The translations under genes and the position numbers were made by a program. A stretch of DNA of 63,707 nt, counting the filler, from Octopus bimaculoides (lineage: Eukaryota), in the NCBI RefSeq assembly GCF_001194135.2. It is 5 parts of 5 records of this genome, joined end to end, with 100 filler letters (N's around TTAATTAATTAA, not from the genome) between each part and the next. Parts side by side here need not be neighbours in the genome. Positions count along the whole stretch, not along the records: positions 33,688 to 53,589 come from NC_068996.1; positions 53,690 to 58,362 come from NC_068985.1; positions 58,463 to 63,707 come from NC_068983.1; 2 more parts are not named here. One strand, 5' to 3'. Below, piece by piece: positions 52,532 to 63,707 of the stretch. Position 1 is the first letter of the stretch. Each line of letters begins with the position of its first letter. The notes under the pieces were generated by a model. The model made no database searches. It was not told the origin of the DNA and saw nothing but the letters and a program-made list of their open reading frames with translations.

Positions 52532-53077
52532 AAACCTCATTCTATTCATGTTATGAATTCTATTGGAAATTTCTTAAGAATAAAAGGAAAAACTCTTTTA
52601 GCAATTGAGTGCTTTCGTAAGGTATTGTCACAAACACCTCAAGAACCAGAAGTATTGTTAAATTTAGGCAGAATATTTCTCCGACTTCACTATCTCGATG
52701 ATGCATATCATTTAACAAAGATATCTCTCCAGAATCTTCCAGCATATCAAAATGCCTGGTCGCAGCATTTTACACTCGGAGAAATATTCAAAATTTCAGG
52801 ACAATATTCAAAAGCTTATGATCATTTCCAATATGTTCTTGACTTAAAACCAGGATTTTCACCGGCTGAAAGTCATTTGAAAGAGATAAAAGAGATTCCT
52901 GAGCACCCTGTGATGCAATATATTGTATGTTTCTTTATACTTCTTGTCTGTTTTTTCATTTTTGGTGTTGTTAATTCTGGTAACAAACATGTCAAAACAC
53001 AACGGTCATTCAACAGAGCTATGGCTATGAAATCTTTGAAGCACAGCTCGTCCAAATTTGTCAAGATACGGAGATGA
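52532..53077 (+). CDS. Terminal exon: three TPR repeats, hydrophobic transmembrane segment and basic tail (TPRs resemble TTC17-type repeats)
   Basis: Long pyrimidine tract ending ttgcag|AAA; 181 codons plus TGA. TPR-like units: SIHVMNSIGNFLRIKGKTLLAIECFRKVLSQTP, EVLLNLGRIFLRLHYLDDAYHL, FTLGEIFKISGQYSKAYDHFQYVLDLKP. Transmembrane segment YIVCFFILLVCFFIFGVV. Confidence 0.85.
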   Translation, partial: KPHSIHVMNSIGNFLRIKGKTLLAIECFRKVLSQTPQEPEVLLNLGRIFLRLHYLDDAYHLTKISLQNLPAYQNAWSQHFTLGEIFKISGQYSKAYDHFQYVLDLKPGFSPAESHLKEIKEIPEHPVMQYIVCFFILLVCFFIFGVVNSGNKHVKTQRSFNRAMAMKSLKHSSSKFVKIRR

Positions 53078-53164
53078 ACTTGTTAAGAAAATTGCCAAAT
53101 TGAAGTTCTGGGATACAAATGAAAAAAAGGAATTGTTCTTGCGTATTATCTTTACCTTTCTTTT

Positions 53165-53531
53165 GTTTTGCTCTCTCTCTCTCTCTCCCTCTTTTTCTCC
53201 TCTCTCTGCCCCTCTCTCCTTTCTCTCCTACTGTCTCACTGTTTCTCTTCCCTCTCTCTCTCACTGTCTTCCTGTTACTCTCTCTTTCCCTCCTCTCTCT
53301 CTCCTATCTCTTTCTTCTCTCTCTCCTATCTCTTTCTTCTCTCTCCCACTGTCTCACTGTTTCTCTTCCCTCTCTCACTGTCTTCCTGTTTCTCTCTCTC
53401 TCTCTCTCCCTCTCTTTCTCCTCTCTCTCCCACTGTCTTGCTGTTTCTCTTCCCTCTCTCTTTCTTCTCTCTACCACTGTCTCACTTCCCTTTCTCCCTC
53501 ACTGTCTTCCTGTTTCTCTCTCTTTCCTTTC

Positions 53532-53589
<58 letters not shown>
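53165..53589. repeat. CT-rich complex tandem repeat downstream of the TPR gene stop codon
   Basis: Recurrent cccactgtctcactgtttctcttccctctctc units grading into (CT)n. Confidence 0.85.
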
Positions 53590-53908
53590 NNNNNNNNNNN
53601 NNNNNNNNNNNNNNNNNNNNNNNNNNNNNNNNNTTAATTAATTAANNNNNNNNNNNNNNNNNNNNNNNNNNNNNNNNNNNNNNNNNNNNATGTTTCTCGA
53701 CATTTTTGAAATGTCAAGAAGGAAATTTTTGTATTTTGCTAGGGCCGAAACTGCCCCTGGGGGCCAATTCCTGCCCTTGAAAATACACACAAATGAAGCC
53801 TAGGTGCTTCGCAACAAAATTATTAAAACATTCCAACACAATGTGGACAATAAAAGGTCAAATAAACGTTTACCTTCGCAGCCGATGTGACAGCACGTCC
53901 GTGAGAAG

Positions 53909-53955
<47 letters not shown>

Positions 53956-56039
53956 CAGAAGGATGAATGGGAATGTTATCGAACATAGCTTCTCTTTATT
54001 CATAGAAATAATTTGAGTTTGAAAAACGAATATATCTAACGGAAAGTGATTTGAACTCATCTGTTGAAACGCAAATGTGTCGATGGCATAAATTTCTCCG
54101 ATGTTGTCATTTATATGAGCAGGCAGAATACAGAACCAATACTAGAAGTATCAACAGCATTTATTCCTATACGAAAATAAAAGCACTCGAGATAGCTAAC
54201 CGAATACTAACATTAATCGTTCAGTAGTCTATTATATTACATTTATAATTTATTTCTTAAGTTACTATAACGTTTCATATTAAATTTATGTCGTAATGTA
54301 ACTAAATGAGCCACCGAATTCTGACATATAATTGAAGCAGTACTTCCCAACTTAAATTTATCTCATTCAACCCCTAATAAACTGTACATAATAGCTGTAG
54401 GTAACATTATAATAAAGAAGAATTTAATTCATTTTCTTAGATGTTAAGAGCGATAACACCAAATACACTGATTTAAACGTAGCTACAATTAAAATCTAGC
54501 CAATTATCGAAAGTACTTAATATAATAAACTCAATTCTGTGCAATATGCATAAAAGTTTAAACATACTGACGTATTTATAAAAGTTATTATGTACAGATT
54601 ATCAAACGTTCTTAGCTGTTAACTATTTAGAGTATCTCAATGACAAATATTTCTTAATAGAGTTCGATCTAATAAAGTTGCAAATTATAGTAGTAGACAT
54701 CTCTATTAATCAAACGTTTCAGTAACCACTTGCAAAGAAAAATATATACCTGCGGCTGTTTCTCTTTAGCCTCAATCAGCTCTGATACCCAAGAACAAAG
54801 GCTGAAGGGCTACTATACATGACGTCCCCTTTATCGTTTTTCAGATGCAATATCAAACGTGTGTAGGAGAGTTAGCTGCGATCCCTCGTACATTCAGCTG
54901 CTAAATAGAGAAACATTTTAATTTAGTAGTATTTAAGGACGGAGAGGGACTGCGGCAGAAGGCGCGGAAGTTGCGCATAATTTAACATTGTGCTTGATGG
55001 CCTGGTTTTAATAATTTTAAGCAACTTATTGTCCCTTTAAAGGGAATCATTTTTGCTTGATGTAATACGAAATGTCAAATGCATTTCTTCATAATATAAT
55101 TATAGTTATATCATACATTGTTTATAAACTTCATTAACTGTCGGATTCGGAAATAATGTGTCAATGTCGTACTGTTTGGGAATAACATTTCTCATCGTAG
55201 ATGCTCCAGAAACTATGTTAAAGATCGGAAGCTTCCATCCCATGGCTGACTTGGAAACCACACGTTGTGGCTGACCTTTCACACTGTCCAAACTTATTCT
55301 ACATCCTTGGAACATATGCCTTAAGAATATGTCTATATTTAAATTTTCATAAAAGACGAGGATGATGTACAATTATTCCAAAACGAGTTCCCTTTTTCTT
55401 TCTCCATATCACAACCATATGTGAAACACAACATTTAAGAAAAGAAACGTTTAAAGACACATATTCCGTTTATACTTACTTCAAGAAAGAGGCAAAGGAA
55501 AGAGCGAAAACATTTCACGGATATGGTTTTGCGTTAATGCCAGGGCCAATATCTCAAAGGATATACTATAAGCATATCCTGTAAGGAAGTTGAGATTATT
55601 CTGCCAACATACAGCGGCACTTACAAAATGTTATCAGGCCAGGAAAATTTACGAAAAGTAGCGGGGTCCGAAAGGGGTCACAGGGAGTAGCGTCCCTGCC
55701 TTTCTGAGNNNNNNNNNNGGGGGGGGGGGGCGTAGAGGGCATTGTGTTTATTGAATATTTTTAAAAGGGTGATATCAATGGAGATTATTCTGCCAACATA
55801 CAGCGGCACTTACAAAATGTTATCAGGCCAGGAAAATTTACGAAAAGTAGCGGGGTCCGAAAGGGGTCACAGGGAGTAGCGTCCCTGCCTTTCTGAGCTA
55901 GTTTTCCACCACATTTCTTAAAAATCGTGGTAGAGGTTATGGTTTCGGGACCACTCATGTCTAGAAACTGAGTTTGGGGATAAGCAAGTGCATGCTCCCC
56001 GTAGAGAGTCCAGCTCCAAAAATGCCTCATAATAGGAAA

Positions 56040-56180
56040 GGAGAATGGACATCAATCAGCTCAAAGATTGGGGTGGGCTACACCTGCCACCCTCGGATCC
56101 TGTGGTATTCAGGTAGATCCGGCCACCCCGATTAACGCGGACAAAACCAGGATTTAAAACGCCGGATGATGATGATATAG
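56040..56180 (+). mobile_element. Retroelement 3' tail ending in (GAT)n
   Basis: ...ggacaaaaccaggatttaaaacgccggatgatgatgat resembles RTE-type tails; family unassigned. Confidence 0.4.
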
Positions 56181-57657
56181 TTCTTGAGGACAGTGCTCCA
56201 GCACACAAGTCGTTGGTTTCGTTCGCTGCACTGCTTGACTGACATTCAACTGGTTGACGACCGTCACTACTCTCCTGATTCAGGTCCATAAGACAACCAT
56301 CTGTTCCCCAATATGAAATAAAATACTTTGCTAGATGATTACGTCGTATCTGGTGTTACTACCAAATGATTTTTTAAATATTCTTCGAACAGTCAGGTAA
56401 GATTGCCTGGAAACAAACAGTGCAATTATTAATAAGTAAGGTTGAAATTAATGCATGAACGATTTCAAAGCACTAGCATCCTTCTTTCATGATTGGTCTA
56501 TGAACTTTTCAGCCCAAACTTGTATATGTATACACACACACAAATCACACACATACACACATACACATACACACACACACACACACGCACACACACACAC
56601 CCGCACACACACACAGACAGACACACACAGACACACAGACACACACACACACACACACACANNNNNNNNNNNNNNNNNNNNNNNNNNNNNNNNNNNNNNN
56701 NNNNNNNNNNNNNNNNNNNNNNNNNNNNNNNNNNNNNNNNNNNNNNNNNNNNNNNNNNNNNNNNNNNNNNNNNNNNNNNNNNNNNNNNNNNNNNNNNNNN
56801 NNNNNNNNNNNNNNNNNNNNNNNNNNNNNNNNNNNNNNNNNNNNNNNNNNNNNNNNNNNNNNNNNNNNNNNNNNNNNNNNNNNNNNNNNNNNNNNNNNNN
56901 NNNNNNNNNNNNNNNNNNNNNNNNNNNNNNNNNNNNNNNNNNNNNNNNNNNNNNNNNNNNNNNNNNNNNNNNNNNNNNNNNNNNNNNNNNNNNNNNNNNN
57001 NNNNNNNNNNNNNNNNNNNNNNNNNNNNNNNNNNNNNNNNNNNNNNNNNNNNNNNNNNNNNNNNNNNNNNNNNNNNNNNNNNNNNNNNNNNNNNNNNNNN
57101 NNNNNNNNNNNNNNNNNNNNNNNNNNNNNNNNNNNNNNNNNNNNNNNNNNNNNNNNNNNNNNNNNNNNNNNNNNNNNNNNNNNNNNNNNNNNNNNNNNNN
57201 NNNNNNNNNNNNNNNNNNNNNNNNNNNNNNNNNNNNNNNNNNNNNNNNNNNNNNNNNNNNNNNNNNNNNNNNNNNNNNNNNNNNNNNNNNNNNNNNNNNN
57301 NNNNNNNNNNNNNNNNNNNNNNNNNNNNNNNNNNNNNNNNNNNNNNNNNNNNNNNNNNNNNNNNNNNNNNNNNNNNNNNNNNNNNNNNNNNNNNNNNNNN
57401 NNNNNNNNNNNNNNNNNNNNNNNNNNNNNNNNNNNNNNNNNNNNNNNNNNNNNNNNNNNNNNNNNNNNNNNNNNNNNNNNNNNNNNNNNNNNNNNNNNNN
57501 NNNNNNNNNNNNNNNNNNNNNNNNNNNNNNNNNNNNNNNNNNNNNNNNNNNNNNNNNNNNNNNNNNNNNNNNNNNNNNNNNNNNNNNNNNNNNNNNNNNN
57601 NNNNNNNNNNNNNNNNNNNNNNNNNNNNNNNNNNNNNNNNNNNNNNNNNNNNNNNNC

Positions 57658-57689
<32 letters not shown>

Positions 57690-58462
57690 ATATATATGTG
57701 TGTGTGCATATATAAATATATATTTATATATACATATACATATATATATTTTTTTTTTCTATGCACATATCTATTTATCTATCTCTATATATTTATATGT
57801 GTGTGTTTGTGTGTCTATGTGTATCAACTTCTCAATTGTTTGTATGCGTGTCTATACAAGCGTACACGCATATGCACTCACAAATATAAGATGAAAGAAT
57901 AATTATGGAAATATAGGAAGTATACGTAATCCGCACGAATGTTAGGTTCTCGAAGTCGGTATGTCAGCATACATTGACAGGGTCAGATATATAATCCCGG
58001 CTTATCGGCAAAACGGATTATTTCTTCATAATATTTCCCTTTATATTAGCATGGATATCACTAACTCTTATACCTTAATTGCGGTTTTCTTGCTGAGTGA
58101 TATACTATGAAACTATCAAAGAAATATACTTCGTGATGCACAGAAGAAAACAATACGTATATACATTCATGTATACATACACATATACACGCATACAAAC
58201 ATACATACATACATACATACATACACACATACATGCATACATACAAACAACTATATATTTACATATGTACATGTAAACACACACACACATATATATACAT
58301 ACATAGATGTAAACACATACACACATATATACATATATATATACATATATATATACATATATNNNNNNNNNNNNNNNNNNNNNNNNNNNNNNNNNNNNNN
58401 NNNNNNTTAATTAATTAANNNNNNNNNNNNNNNNNNNNNNNNNNNNNNNNNNNNNNNNNNNN

Positions 58463-58782
58463 GTGGCTGTTGCCAGTACCGCCTGACTGGCTCCTGTAGG
58501 ATTTTCGAGTGAGATCGTTGCCAGTGCCCCTGGACTGGCTTGTGCGGGTGGCACATAAAAGACACCATTTCGAGTGTGGCCGTTTTCGTGCGGGTGACAC
58601 GTAAAAGCACCCACTACACTCTCTGAGTGGTTGGCGTTAGGAAGGGCATCCAGCTGTAGAAACTCTGCCAAATCAGACTAGAGCCTGGTGTTGCCATCCG
58701 GTTTCACCAGTCCTCAGTCAAATCGTCCAACCCATGCTAGCATGGAAAGCGGACGTTAAACGATGATGATGATGATGATGAT
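58463..58782 (+). mobile_element. Family C retro-tail (RTE-like 3' end with (GAT)n) carrying internal ~65-bp tandem units
   Basis: ...gagtggttggcgttaggaagggcatccagctgtagaaac...catgctagcatggaaagcggacgttaaacgatgatg. Copies at 2985-3185(-), 8858-9041(-), 33688-33874(+), 35020-35128(+) and 41140-41370(+). Confidence 0.8.
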
Positions 58783-58960
58783 CTCTGGCTAATTGTTGAG
58801 AGGACGTTGGTGTTGCCTTGTCAGAGGTTTGCACTCTCTGAGTGCTCTTGTTTATTTTTAGAATGACACTGGGCCAGATAATGCTAAAGGGTTACTTCAG
58901 TTAGCTCAAAGAAGGTGCTGCAAGGTGGTCTTGACTAAGAGAAGCTAAAGAACTAAGGAT

Positions 58961-59240
58961 TACCGTAAATCCTCGAGTATAATCCGCACTTTTTTCCCAA
59001 AATTTAAAGGTAAAAATTTCTAGTGTGTACTATATACGAGGTTAAAAATGAAAAATATTTTCTAAGCAAAATTTTCTAAGTGATAAATATGTAAAGGCAA
59101 TTTACTTAATATTTATTTTTCACTGACGTTATTACTGTTATTTCTTTATTTTCTGCAAACAAAGGGCGCAAAAAAGCTACACATTTGCATTATGTTATAT
59201 ATATATATATACAATAATAATAAAGGACATTACCGTATAT
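58961..59240 (+). mobile_element. Pogo/Tc1-like DNA transposon end
   Basis: taccgtaaatcctcgagtataatccgca resembles recalled pogo-type TIRs; the partner TIR is not evident. Confidence 0.35.
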
Positions 59241-60614
59241 ACATTTACAAACCAAGGACGTGCTATAGTGAGCAGGTTTAGCAAATACAGAGATGCACAC
59301 TCAAAGATTGAATTTACTTTGCTGCATGGTCATCATCATCATCATCATCATTTAAATGTCCACTTTTCCATGCTTGCATGAATCACACTAAATTCTCAAG
59401 ACAGGTTTTTTTTATGGCTAGATGCTCTTTCTGTCCTCTGTTTGAACAATGAGTAGTTCAGTGGCTAGACATGTTTTCACAGAACATTGCAAACAAATGA
59501 CACCATTTCTATGAATTATGACTTTGTTTACCATAAGCATACATACGTCAAGACAAGGAAACACAAACATGTACATATACAAACATGTGTATGTGTTCAT
59601 TCCCATTGTGTAGTATTTTGGGCATGTGTATTCTACTATAGCCCCTGGTTGACCAAGGCCTTGTGAGTGGATTTAGTTGATGAAAACTAAAAGAAGCCCA
59701 TCATGTTTGCATGTGTGTGTGGATATGCATGTGTGTGTTTTCATATCTCCTTGTCTGACATTGAGCACTGTCACACAAGTAGTGATGTGTGTTTTCAATG
59801 TCTTCTGTGAAAAACCACCCAGCATTGTGTTGTTTTGAGTTTGAAGAACTAGGAGAGATATTACTTTTCTTGGAAACAGATGAGGGTTGGCAACGGGAAG
59901 AGCATTCAGCCATAGAAGATCTGCATCAATGAATTTCATCTGACCCATGCCAGTTTGGAAAAAGAAAATACATTAAAATGATGACCATGATGATGGTGAT
60001 ATAGTTTCCATTTACAAAATTCACTCATAAGACATTAGTTGGCCTGGGTTTAAGTAGAAGTCACATTTGTAAGATGCCATGCAGTGAGACTGAACCCAAA
60101 AATGTCTGGCCGCAAAGTAAACTGTTTAACCACAAGGTCATGCTATGACCTTTGTTTGTATTACTTCTTTAGGCAAAGCAGATTATCTCACCAGACACCA
60201 AACATAACTCTGATACTGTAACTGTTTACTTAAAAGCAAATGATTAAATAGTTTTTGATATTTTCTTTTATTGTTTAAAATGTTTTTTTTAATCCATATT
60301 TAAGACGGTTGTGTAAGAGAAACACTAGAATACTAGAACAAATGACCTTTACAATATTTAGTTACATCTCTCACAATTCTAAATTCTAACACTGCCAAGG
60401 TCAGTTTTGCCTATAACTATTCCAGTGTTAATTAAGTACCAATCAAGTATTGACATTGACTCAATCCCTGGAGCTCCACCTGCAAATTGTGATACAAGAA
60501 ATAATGCTTTGCGTTATTTTTTAATTGATGTTTGTTACTGGTGCAAAGTTCAAGAATATGGTAGTAGAGCAGTGAAATAGACAGTGCCATAAGTGTTAAA
60601 AACAAAAACAAAAA

Positions 60615-63080
60615 AAAACTGGCATGGAAGGAGTGGAAGAATAGGGGTAGCAGAGAACTATACCAGGTAGCTAGAAGAGAAACTAGGTGATAGGTGTATT
60701 TTACTAGGGAAGGAGTTTCCCAATGTTCTGCGGCATGAGGTGTTCTGGATTGCAAAACACTATATCAGAGGAAATCGTGATGTAAGAGAGAAATCTATTC
60801 AAATGGATGATGGTACCCTTGCACTTAGTGACTCTGAAAAGAAAGAGGTATGGAAGTGTCACTATGAAAGGCTATGTGGAGATTGCATTATGGACCCAAC
60901 AGAAGGATAAGGCAATTTAAGATGTGAAGTCAGGGAAAGCCCCTGGCTTATCAGAATTACTGCTGGGGTGCTTAAAATATCTGGTAGAGTGGGTTATGGC
61001 TTAGTCACCTGTACAGTTAATCAGGTCATCTAGAAAAGGGTCATACATAATGACTGATGTAGCAGCATCAGAGTCAACTTCTACAAAAGTAATGATGCCT
61101 TATACGGAAGTAATTACAGAAGCATCATATAGCTGGACCAGGTCATGAATGTTACAGAAAGGGTCATAGGCCAACTAATTAGGAAGAGAGTTAACTTAGA
61201 TGAATTGTTTTTGTGCCAGGGAGAAGTTGTTGTTGGCACTCCATTGCTTACGACGTCGAGGGTTCCAGTTGATCCGATCAACGGAACAGCCTGCTCGTGA
61301 AATTAACGTGCAAGTGGCTGAGCACTCCACAGACACGTGTACCCTTAACGTAGTTCTCGGGGATATTCAGCGTGACACAGTGTGACAAGGCTGGCCCTTT
61401 GAATTACAGGCACAACAGAAACAGGAAGTAAGAGTGAGAGAAAGTTGTGGTGAATGAGTACAGCTGGGTTCGCCACCATCCCCTGCCGGAGCCNNNNNNN
61501 NNNAAATTAACGTGCAAGTGGCTGAGCACTCCACAGACACGTGTACCCTTAACGTAGTTCTCGGGGATATTCAGCGTGACACAGTGTGACAAGGCTGGCC
61601 CTTTGAATTACAGGCACAACAGAAACAGGAAGTAAGAGTGAGAGAAAGTTGTGGTGAATGAGTACAGCTGGGTTCGCCACCATCCCCTGCCGGAGCCTCG
61701 TGGAGCTTTAGGTGTTTTCACTCAATAAACACTCACAACGCCCGGTCTGGAAATCGAAACCGCGATCCTATGAACGCGAGTCTGCTGCCCTAACCACTAG
61801 GCCATTGCGCCTCCACTACCAGGGAGAAGTATTACCAGTGTTACCTTCCTAGTAAAGCAACTGCAGGAGAAGCATTTTGGCAAAAATAAACTACTGTACT
61901 TGACATTTGTTGAAATGGAGAAAGCCTTTGACACTGTACCTCACTCCCTCATTTGGTAGTCATTGTGGAAGCTATGATTAGATGAGTGGCAGGTGAGAGC
62001 CATCCAAGCCATGTACAGGGACGCTGTTAGTAAAGTAAAGGTCAGCTATGAATATAGCGACAAATTTAGTGTGCAGGTAGGAGTTCACCAAGGCTCAGTT
62101 CTCAGCCCCTTCTTGTTTATCATAATCCTCCAGGCTGTTAGATGAATTTAAAACTGGCTGTCCATAGGAGCTTCTCTATGCTGAATCTATAGGAGAATTA
62201 GAAATGAAATTTCAGGTGTGGAAGCAAGGCATAATATTAAAGGCTCTTACAGTTAATTCAGCAAAGACCAGTGTACTAGTCAGTTGGAAAGCAGAAAAAT
62301 TACTAATCCCTTCAGGGAAATGGCCCTGTATGATATGTAGAAAAAGTGTAGTTAGAAGTTCCAAATGGTGTACCCAGTGCAAGCTATGGACACATAAGAG
62401 GTGCAGTGGAATCAGAGGAAAATTAACAGAGAAAGTAGTCTTTGTGTGTGGCAGATGTGCAGGAACTATGAGCACTAACAATACAGAAGAAATAGATTTC
62501 CTCCTCTCCTATCTCCAAGAAGATTGTTAGAGGTAGTAGATAGTTTCTGTTACCTAGGTGACCAAATAAACAGTGGGGGAGGATGCTCTGATAGCATAGT
62601 TGCTAGAATTAGAACTGGCAGGGCAGAGTTCAGCAAGTTATCTTTGTTAGTAACAAGAGCCTCTCAGAGTGAAAGGCAGATTGTACAATACTTGTGTGTA
62701 CACAAGCATTGTACAATCTGCTATGCAAAATGATCGTGAAATGATGGTGAAACATGGGCTGTGACTGCAGAGAACATGTGAAGGCTTGAAAGAAATTAAG
62801 TCAGCATACTTTGCTGGATGTGCAGTGTCAGTGTGCATGTGTGACAAAGTTTTAATGTGTTGAGAGAAAAATTTGGATGTAAAAGGTATCAGGTGTAGTG
62901 TGCAAGAAGAGAAAACTGTGCTGGTATGGTCATGTGATGCATATAGATGAAGACAACTGCATAAAGAAGTACTGTAAAGTGGTTAGCATTAGAAAAGGTA
63001 TCTAGCCATAGAAACCATGTCAAAGCAGATAGTTTGGCACAATCTTGCCAGCATGGAAAACAGATGTTAAATGATGGTGT
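60615..63080 (+). mobile_element. Decayed RTE-type LINE (RT domain, Cys/His-rich finger, 3' tail) interrupted by a SINE
   Basis: Motifs KSGKAPG, SNYRSIILLD, VEMEKAFDTVP, VGVHQGSVLSPFLF, VDSFCYLGD and WYGHV; many stops and frameshifts; tail ...gcatggaaaacagatgttaaatgatg. Confidence 0.85.
61228..61818 (-). mobile_element. tRNA-derived SINE family D with a (CAA)n tail, inserted in the LINE RT with a 12-bp TSD
   Basis: ccagggagaagt at 61216-61227 and 61819-61830. Head ggcgcaatggcctagtggttagggcagcagactcg. About 200 bp is duplicated across a small gap. Confidence 0.85.
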
Positions 63081-63645
63081 GATTTATAGACATTAAAACT
63101 CAGTGAATACAAAGGAATTCAGTCAAAAGCTTACCTGATGTCAACCACTTTCAGAAGAGTGCATGTCATTGTTGAAGAGTTCTAGATGTGGTATTGTTTG
63201 TATGTATTAAATGTATTCTCTGTAAGCCTTGAGATTGGATATGATTGATGAAAACTGAGAGAAGCCTATTATTTGTGTATATACATGTATGTTTGTGTTG
63301 CCTTGTCTTGACATCATGATTGTTGTAAATGAATGGCATTGATTTCCAATACTCTGCAAAAACTTGTTTGTCTATGGGTAAATATTATCTTAATTGTAAA
63401 CTAAGAGAGCTATATATATGGGTACAGGATGTCACCAACAGTAAACAACATGAAATATGAAACAAATGAGTTAAATACGCAAACAATGAGAGAAACAAAT
63501 GGAAAACAGGACAAGTCACATAAAGAACAACCCTTCATCAGTTGTCGGCTGTTTATCTACTCCTTATTTCAAGGATTGAATGACAATATGAGTCTTTGAA
63601 GACAGTTGCTCCTATAAGTACCAAAATAAAATTGGGATTTATGGA

Positions 63646-63707
63646 GTCAGAGGGGGCTAAGTCTGGTGAATAAGGTGGATGGGGAACAAGTCCGTATCCA
63701 CAATCAT
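63646..63707 (-). mobile_element. Mariner transposase fragment at the window edge
   Basis: DCGYGLVPHPPYSPDLAPSD contains the diagnostic YSPDLAPSD motif. Confidence 0.75.

Noticed and set aside
55586-55895. ~120-bp direct duplication
   Set aside because: It straddles a short N gap, consistent with an unmerged overlap. The duplication at 61289-61695 is the same kind of artefact.
61740-61812. tRNA-like sequence on the minus strand
   Set aside because: It continues into a SINE body with a tail and TSD and has no complete acceptor stem, so it is a SINE head rather than a tRNA gene. The same applies to the heads of families A, B and E.

Overview
This is an AT-rich, microsatellite- and transposon-saturated eukaryotic draft scaffold. 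The SINE families, from my recall rather than a search, point to an octopod cephalopod (Octopus). Two spliced genes are supported. (1) On the minus strand is an RGS22-like gene: 7 exons with canonical AG/GT sites and matching phases chain into one 896-codon open frame (15050 down to 4413), and one exon contains a coding minisatellite with 14 Thr-Pro motifs. (2) On the plus strand are the last two exons (~45915-46112 and 52532-53077) of a protein with three TPRs and a C-terminal transmembrane segment. The rest is at least five SINE/retro-tail families (several with TSDs), RTE-type LINE remnants, a Ty3/gypsy remnant, Penelope-like elements, mariner/Tc1 remnants, palindromic MITE/foldback elements and simple repeats. 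The most notable non-genic signal is a Penelope pseudo-LTR tandem unit (337-bp period) carrying a minimal hammerhead-ribozyme fold inside an RGS22 intron. Long near-perfect hairpins also lie close to exons of both genes. Four 100-bp gaps contain a TTAATTAATTAA six-frame-stop linker, so adjacency across them may be artificial. Most entries in the ORF track are microsatellite or N-gap artefacts. No CRISPR array, rRNA or genuine tRNA gene is supported.
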